A DNA stretch of 42,019 bases, from the IMG/VR virus record IMGVR_UViG_3300045135_001852, positions 1 to 42,019 of that record. One strand, given 5' to 3'. The position numbers and the translations under genes are program-made. Below, piece by piece: positions 37,893 to 42,019 of this stretch (position 1 is its first letter; each line of letters opens with the position of its first letter). The stretch is from a virus. Lineage: Duplodnaviria; Caudoviricetes. Under the pieces are notes generated by a model that was not told the DNA's origin, ran no database searches, and saw only the letters and a list, made by a program, of their open reading frames with translations.

Positions 37893-38498
37893 TCACCAGT
37901 TTAAACTCTCAAGAAACTTTTTATGTTTTCTTCCATATATAGCAATCGCTTGGTCTGCCCTGTTCGGTAAAAGTTTTCTTTTAAACTTATCCGCTTTTCT
38001 TTGCCTAATCTCTAATCTAAGTATTTTTTCTCTGCTTTCTAAATCGGGGGCTAAGTTATTTACCCATCTAATTAGAGATTTTAATTCCTTAGTATTTGCT
38101 TTTTCTAAATATTTACCTAACCAACTAACAGTATTATAGGAATCTCTATTAAAAGAAGCAGGATGTTTTACTAAATTAACTATCGCTAAATAAAGACTTT
38201 CTGGGAATTGTAATCTATATGCTACTCCTTCAAGTCTTTGTATATTTCTATCTTTACCAAAATCGCTAGGTTGGGTTTTAAAATGTCCAGCATGGCCTCC
38301 TTCATGCATAAGCGTTCTTTTGATAAACTCTGTAATTTCCTTATCGGTTGGTTCTCTCTTTAGTTTCTTTTTAAGATATGCGTAAATAGAGGTAGGGTTC
38401 ACTAAAATCTCATCAAGAGCAGTATCATATTGTCCAAATTTATCGCCTAAATAGAAATCAAAATCCGCATCAGTTTTAAGAATAGAAAACCAACTCAT
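37893..38498 (-). CDS. Tagged zincin-like metallopeptidase (MSWFSILK, 201 aa)
   Basis: HEGGH (HExxH) in RTLMHEGGHAGH, with a downstream Glu (LEGVAY) as a candidate third ligand. Confidence 0.65.
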   Translation of the reverse strand: MSWFSILKTDADFDFYLGDKFGQYDTALDEILVNPTSIYAYLKKKLKREPTDKEITEFIKRTLMHEGGHAGHFKTQPSDFGKDRNIQRLEGVAYRLQFPESLYLAIVNLVKHPASFNRDSYNTVSWLGKYLEKANTKELKSLIRWVNNLAPDLESREKILRLEIRQRKADKFKRKLLPNRADQAIAIYGRKHKKFLESLNW

Positions 38499-38503
38499 TG
38501 AAA

Positions 38504-39046
38504 TCACTCCCACACAAACCAGTCAAGTTGTTTTGTAATTCGCCAATCTTTATACCTTTCATCATTTCTAAAACTGTTTAATACCTCATCAGGAATAACC
38601 TCATGTTCTGCTGGTTGTTCCCCAGTAGCAAATCTTATTGCTCCCATGTCGGTATATCCAGCAATTTTAGGTATGCCTTTTAAGTCACCAAGATATTTTT
38701 CTCTAACAACATTTGTGGGTATTCCTTTAAATTCTCTTGTTCTGTTTCCTCTAATCCCACCAATAAAAGCAAACTTCTTCCCTCCCTTTCCTTGTCTAAT
38801 AGCATAGCCGCCGATTGCCCCAAGAATAGGCTTGCCATTTACTTTCTTGATAACACCATACCAAGTGTCTATGGGGTAGTAACCTAACCCTCTTGAGTCT
38901 CTTGTTTGCATTTGCAGAGTTGGGTTACTTGCATTCCACAACTCAATGACTTCTTTTTCGTCTTTGAATTTAACCAAAACTTGAGATTTTTTACCTAACA
39001 ACTCCACCAAGCGAGGATGGTCTTTGATAATATCCCACCAAGACAT
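38504..39046 (-). CDS. Tagged accessory protein (MSWWDIIK, 180 aa), possibly GNAT-like
   Basis: N-terminal tag; beta-strand pattern WYGVI...ILGAIGGY...FAFIGGIR...EFKGI is loosely GNAT-like. Confidence 0.45.
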   Translation of the reverse strand: MSWWDIIKDHPRLVELLGKKSQVLVKFKDEKEVIELWNASNPTLQMQTRDSRGLGYYPIDTWYGVIKKVNGKPILGAIGGYAIRQGKGGKKFAFIGGIRGNRTREFKGIPTNVVREKYLGDLKGIPKIAGYTDMGAIRFATGEQPAEHEVIPDEVLNSFRNDERYKDWRITKQLDWFVWE

Positions 39047-39050
39047 GCTA

Positions 39051-39284
39051 TCACTTGTTCATGGTATTTCTAAAAATGTTTGCGAATGCTCCTTCAATAT
39101 TTGCAATCTTGCCATCAAACCCTGTGAGTAGTCTGCGAAGTTCAGCCAAATCCAAATCTTCTCCACCAACATATTCATATGCAATTTCTTTCAAATCTGT
39201 CAAAATTTCAATAGTGTTTCCTAAGTCATCAATTAATTTTTGACCATCTTCTTTCAGTCTTTCATCCGATAATTTGCGAACCAT
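39051..39284 (-). CDS. Hypothetical helical protein (77 aa), untagged
   Basis: GGTGA RBS; fills the gap in the cluster. Confidence 0.65.
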   Translation of the reverse strand: MVRKLSDERLKEDGQKLIDDLGNTIEILTDLKEIAYEYVGGEDLDLAELRRLLTGFDGKIANIEGAFANIFRNTMNK

Positions 39285-39288
39285 TTTA

Positions 39289-39744
39289 TCACCACAATTT
39301 TTTACAGGCTAAACAGCGAGGAGTTGTAATGCGCCCTTTGCATTGGTCGCAGTTGTGCCGTGATTTGAAGTTTGCTCTTCGTTTTCGGTTTTTATGGGTT
39401 CCTCCGCCACGATTCTTGCCCTTTCCTTTCCAATTGCCGTAGCCCTTTGCGCCAGCATGAATTTTCTTTCCTTCATGGGTGAGCATCATAATTTTCTTAC
39501 CTGCTCTGTCGGAAGGATAAACACGACCAACTCGCATATCCTTTTTGTCCTTCTTGGAAATAATGTCACCATCTCTATGCTCATAAATTTTATTTTTCTG
39601 CTTGAGGCTTTCCAACGCTTCTTTGATTTCTTTTTCGCTACCAAATTTGGTTAAGTTTTTCATGCCTAATGCTCCGCCTTCCTTTTCAATCTCAGCAAGG
39701 ATTTTAGATTCTAAATCCGATTTTAGTATTGCTTTCCAACTCAT
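39289..39744 (-). CDS. Tagged basic Cys-containing protein (MSWKAILK, 151 aa)
   Basis: Tag, winged-helix-like N-part, then KKIHAGAKGY...RRANFKSRHNC...LW domain. Confidence 0.7.
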   Translation of the reverse strand: MSWKAILKSDLESKILAEIEKEGGALGMKNLTKFGSEKEIKEALESLKQKNKIYEHRDGDIISKKDKKDMRVGRVYPSDRAGKKIMMLTHEGKKIHAGAKGYGNWKGKGKNRGGGTHKNRKRRANFKSRHNCDQCKGRITTPRCLACKKLW

Positions 39745-40130
39745 TGTTCTCCCCTCATTTGGTTTTCTTTTGATGTTTTGTCGTCATCAATTGGGCCACC
39801 TTTCGCCCATGTGTAGCAAGTCCTATCCTTGTGACACTTGAAATGGTGCATCCAACAATACCCTAATTCGCCTTCCATTGGCATACACTTTTCCATGCGA
39901 GGCGAAATATCAAAAGCAACACAGTTACTACACTTTGACTTCTTAGCGACTTCGGGAGTAGTATTCCAATGGTCTGCGGCTCTTACCCAATAATCTTCAT
40001 CTTCTAAATTGAGCGGGCCATATTGGATATGTTCTGCTTTGATAGAAGCATCTCGGTTTTTTGTGTTTAGTTTAAGGTCTTGTGTTGCTCTCGGACAAGC
40101 CAATTCTTTCAATATGATTTCCCAACTCAT
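39741..40130 (-). CDS. Tagged Cys-rich protein (MSWEIILK, 129 aa)
   Basis: Tag; CPRATQD..LNTKNR, YGP, CSNC, GYCWMHHFKC...TCYTW..GGP. Confidence 0.7.
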   Translation of the reverse strand: MSWEIILKELACPRATQDLKLNTKNRDASIKAEHIQYGPLNLEDEDYWVRAADHWNTTPEVAKKSKCSNCVAFDISPRMEKCMPMEGELGYCWMHHFKCHKDRTCYTWAKGGPIDDDKTSKENQMRGEQ

Positions 40131-40372
40131 GCCCCCTTCCTCCTTTTGTAAGTTTTACAAGCGGCACAGGTTGGTCTGCATCTTTGCTTTGTTCCTTTAG
40201 AAGCATCTTTACGACCACAAGGCTTTGTTCCTTTTTTGTCATCTTCGCAAGATTGACAAGAAACCCATCCCTTTTGACCTCCTCCACCTCTTCGTGAAAA
40301 CCATCCGTGAAGTCCCTCTTTCTTTTCTCTTGCGAAGTTATCTCCGCCTTTGAGGACTCCTTTCCAAGACAT
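40127..40372 (-). CDS. Tagged small basic Cys-rich protein (MSWKGVLK, 81 aa)
   Basis: Tag; GLHGWF...WVSC...KPCGRK...CRP. Confidence 0.7.
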   Translation of the reverse strand: MSWKGVLKGGDNFAREKKEGLHGWFSRRGGGGQKGWVSCQSCEDDKKGTKPCGRKDASKGTKQRCRPTCAACKTYKRRKGA

Positions 40373-40379
40373 AACATCA

Positions 40380-40685
40380 TTACTCCAAAAGTTTATTTTC
40401 TCTTTCTTTTAGAACATTTTCTATTTCTCTAATGTGCGAAAAGTATTCTTCGGGGTCTTTGCTTCTCTCTTCAATGAGGGCATTAGTAGCCATATATATT
40501 TCGTCTTTCAATTCGGGAATATCCATCTCCATTTCTAATTTATTCGCTAACTCTTTAATTCTGACTAAGGCAGACTCATAATCACTAACGGCATCTATCA
40601 GTTCTTTTTCTAAATACTTAAATTGTTGAGATAATTTATCATAGGGTTGTTCGTCATATTCTTTTAGAATTGCTTTCCAAGACAT
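40380..40685 (-). CDS. Tagged acidic helical protein (MSWKAILK, 101 aa; start corrected)
   Basis: ATG at 40685 lies 4 nt after the upstream stop (AGTGA RBS-like). Confidence 0.7.
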   Translation of the reverse strand: MSWKAILKEYDEQPYDKLSQQFKYLEKELIDAVSDYESALVRIKELANKLEMEMDIPELKDEIYMATNALIEERSKDPEEYFSHIREIENVLKERENKLLE

Positions 40686-40689
40686 AGTA

Positions 40690-40845
40690 TCACTTCTTCT
40701 TAGATTTGTTTCCCCAATTGGAAGCCCCGACTTTGCGACATTGAACCAAAGCACCCGAAGCATAAGCAGAAGGCCACTTCTTGTAGCGGCTCTTTACCTT
40801 ATGGTAGCAAGCATCCTTTTCCTTCTTGAGAATTTCTTGCCACAA
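40690..40845 (-). CDS. Tagged small basic protein (51 aa, not in ORF track): MWQEILKKEKDACYHKVKSRYKKWPSAYASGALVQCRKVGASNWGNKSKKK
   Basis: Translated by hand; TTG start after GAGGGGA; fills the gap exactly. Confidence 0.75.
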   Translation of the reverse strand: MWQEILKKEKDACYHKVKSRYKKWPSAYASGALVQCRKVGASNWGNKSKKK

Positions 40846-40847
40846 AA

Positions 40848-41144
40848 CTATCCCCTCATAATCTTGCTTGGAAACCTTTTACAATCCTCATACACATTAA
40901 TCATTTGAACCAGTCTTTCTTTGAAACCTTCGGGCAAGTTTGAACTACTTGTTAGGAAATTCATGTGTCGCAAAATTTGCTTGCATCCCGAATACTGAAA
41001 TCTTATTGAGTATTTAGGTTCCAAAGTAGGGTCATTTGTCGCTTCTCCCAAGTCTCTCATAAACTCATCTGCTTCTCTTTTTAATTCGGCACAGCAGAAA
41101 TCCTCAGTATTCATTTCCACCCTTTTCAAAATATCTTGCCACAT
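40848..41144 (-). CDS. Tagged accessory protein (MWQDILK, 98 aa; start corrected)
   Basis: AGGTGA RBS 4 nt before the ATG; CC...C...C pattern. Confidence 0.7.
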   Translation of the reverse strand: MWQDILKRVEMNTEDFCCAELKREADEFMRDLGEATNDPTLEPKYSIRFQYSGCKQILRHMNFLTSSSNLPEGFKERLVQMINVYEDCKRFPSKIMRG

Positions 41145-41148
41145 AATA

Positions 41149-42018
41149 TCACCTAAAGTTTGCCTTAATGAGATAAACCTGTTCAGCACTAATGCCGTAT
41201 TCTTTTCCAATATTTTCATGAGAATCAATTGCCTTTACGATTCTTTCCACTTCAAGATGACTTAAATCAATTGATTCTTCAAGATACATTTTATCCACAA
41301 TTTTATCATAAGAGTCATGCTTTAATCCAAGAGTCCCATAGACAACAGTTTTGTTGAGAGCCTTTCTAATTTCATCATGGGCTTTTAACAATTTGCTCAA
41401 GACTTCTGGTAATTCTTCTTCTATTTCGGATAGAACCGTTTTCAAAGAATTGTATTGTCTTTGTAAAGAATTGGTTCTTGTGAGTAGGCCTTCATTTATT
41501 TCTAACCAAAATGGCAAAATAAAGATTGGTAATTTTGCAATAAAGGACTTACTGTTCATTTTATTATTCATTTTCTTAAAACGAGCATTAATAGTAAGAT
41601 TATCTCTTGGCAATCTTCTTGAAAGGTATTCTTCGCTATCGGACTGCTCCATGATGTCTTTCAAAATCCATGCAACTGTGTTGAGATTGTCCTCTTCTCT
41701 TCCGAAAATAGAAGTTAATCCCTTAGCAGCGTCAGCAGCCCGTTGTAAAAGTGTATCTGTAACAACAACACTTGGTTCATCAAGAACAGTAAAAAATCTC
41801 GCAATTGCTCTTAATTCTCCCGAAGTAACTTTGGTCTTTGCCTTTCCAGTCATTCTTGTAGCAACATCACCCATGAAAGTATCTTGGCCCAATTCTTCTG
41901 CAATTGAAGTCAAAGCCATTAGTCCAGCACTTTTGAGATAGCGAGGATAAGCAATAGGGGTTTTTCCAGCCATTAGAGGAGTAACATAGTAGTCTTCTAA
42001 CGCTTTCAAGAAGCCTGC
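41149..42018 (-). CDS. Partial hypothetical protein (5' end beyond window) with C-terminal HTH-like motif
   Basis: Frame is open to the window edge; ends HENIGKEYGISAEQVYLIKANFR. Confidence 0.7.
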   Translation of the reverse strand, partial: AGFLKALEDYYVTPLMAGKTPIAYPRYLKSAGLMALTSIAEELGQDTFMGDVATRMTGKAKTKVTSGELRAIARFFTVLDEPSVVVTDTLLQRAADAAKGLTSIFGREEDNLNTVAWILKDIMEQSDSEEYLSRRLPRDNLTINARFKKMNNKMNSKSFIAKLPIFILPFWLEINEGLLTRTNSLQRQYNSLKTVLSEIEEELPEVLSKLLKAHDEIRKALNKTVVYGTLGLKHDSYDKIVDKMYLEESIDLSHLEVERIVKAIDSHENIGKEYGISAEQVYLIKANFR

Positions 42019-42019
42019 T

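Noticed and set aside
19316-41144. Tag explained as a DNA repeat or recombination site (integron-like cassette junction)
   Set aside because: Synonymous codons vary freely, including AGT vs TCT for Ser, and no conserved palindrome or att-like site flanks the genes. Micro-homology-assisted shuffling is not fully excluded.
19316-41144. Tag explained as a Sec/Tat signal peptide or lipoprotein signal
   Set aside because: It is only 7-8 residues, with no hydrophobic h-region, no twin-Arg motif and no lipobox Cys.
1147-41941. All plus-strand ORFs in the track (e.g. 30771..31496, 41351..41941, 22109..22537, 9626..10021)
   Set aside because: They are antisense shadows of tightly packed minus-strand genes, with S/F/L/I-biased composition and no recognisable motifs.
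1-42019. CRISPR array, tRNA/rRNA genes, diversity-generating retroelement, integrase or transposase
   Set aside because: I saw no regularly spaced repeats, no intergenic room or cloverleaf for RNA genes, and no reverse transcriptase or recombinase motifs. This was by eye only; dedicated scans were not run.

Overview
All credible genes in this 42 kb window lie on the minus strand and form the virion morphogenesis (late) region of a head-tail virus (Caudoviricetes). The host is most likely archaeal: GAGGTGA/GGTGA ribosome-binding sites precede most genes and a TTTATATA box lies upstream of the protease. Gene content and order resemble my recollection of marine group II Euryarchaeota viruses (magrovirus-like); this is inference, not a search result. 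In transcription order (right to left): a cluster of small accessory genes, terminase large subunit, an HTH+LAGLIDADG protein, portal, several head-associated proteins, an ATP-dependent DNA ligase, prohead protease/scaffold, major capsid protein, minor capsid proteins, a membrane-protein/Arf-like small GTPase module, head-tail connectors, tail tube, tail chaperones with a -1 slippery site, tape measure, tail tip and fibre. The most striking feature is that 13 otherwise unrelated proteins start with the same peptide, M-(S/N)?-W-x-x-[IVT]-[LI]-K. It is conserved at protein rather than DNA level and resembles the C-terminal MDWxxIHKM motif of the scaffold, suggesting a modular capsid cargo-loading tag attached to exchangeable effectors. 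Several starts were corrected from the ORF track using RBS position, and two genes under 60 aa missing from the track were added.
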